Assembly (NCBI RefSeq): GCF_009914755.1
Contig: NC_060937.1
Length of the DNA stretch: 64,000 bases
DNA from: the human T2T-CHM13v2.0 reference genome, Homo sapiens
Strand: one strand, 5' to 3'
Positions 63,411 to 64,000 of the stretch are shown here, piece after piece. A program made the position numbers and the translations under genes. Within the stretch, counting starts at the first letter, position 1, and each line of letters starts with the position of its first letter. The notes under the pieces are model-generated. The model searched no databases, was not told the DNA's origin, and worked only from the letters and a program-made list of their open reading frames with translations.

Positions 63411-64000
63411 GGTGGGAATATGGCTCATTCTCAAAAGATGATCTGAAGTTTCAAAAGTAAATAAGTTATTGAAACATGTAATATGATGGTGGTAATTAGC
63501 CAACATGATAATACGTTACTCATAGGGTTGGTTGTGAGGATGACGTGCACTAATGCATAAAAAGCATTTAAGCACAGAGGAAGTACTCAGTATTCATTGG
63601 CAGTTTTATCATCATTCTGTTAATTTAACTTCTTTGGTTGTTAACAGTAGTACATTAGTGACTAATTTTGATAGACTAAAAATAAAGATAAACAGGCTAG
63701 ACTTTAAAAACCAGACTCACATATTGTACAAAAAACATTCACGTTCATAAAAATACCCTTAAACAAAATTTATTTTTTTCTTTCCAGTAGAGGGGGCAGT
63801 GATTACCTGGCATTGTTGTAAAACAAAAGTTAAGCTTGCCATTATTGTAGTTATAATTTTTAATATAATTTTTGCAGTTATCTCTCAGTAACTTTTTATT
63901 ATATACTATTTAATTATGAGTGTCAAGGTCTGAAAAATACATGATCAATTCAGGATTGGTTATAACTTTTTAAAGAAAGATATTTACATTGACTTGTTCT

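Noticed and set aside
63784-63801. CTCF-like CCAGTAGAGGGGGCAGTG
   Set aside because: Mismatch at a key core position; the motif alone is not enough

Overview
Primate (almost certainly human) genomic DNA with no intact protein-coding gene. About half of it is Alu, L1, MIR/L2, MaLR/ERV LTRs and hAT DNA transposons. The obvious landmark is a processed pseudogene of the nuclear receptor ESRRA (54741-57439, +), with target-site duplications. It is inserted into what looks like the 3'UTR of a second retrocopy. The most interesting signal is not in the ORF track. Reading the minus strand by hand gives a chain of about 18 short AG...GT-bounded segments between 51593 and 26787, lying between the repeats. 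Their splice phases link end to end (six need one frameshift each) into a heavily decayed reading frame of about 840 codons. By eye this frame carries the ordered motifs of a Mab-21/cGAS-like nucleotidyltransferase fold, possibly one full copy plus a partial second copy. It is a candidate unitary pseudogene of a lost cGAS-like-receptor-type gene. This reconstruction is manual and needs HMM, structure and synteny confirmation. Other findings include an L1 3' transduction, a twin-primed L1, templated-insertion scars and a 1.2 kb alternating purine/pyrimidine array. Repeat subfamily names and parent-gene comparisons come from memory of consensus sequences, not from searches.
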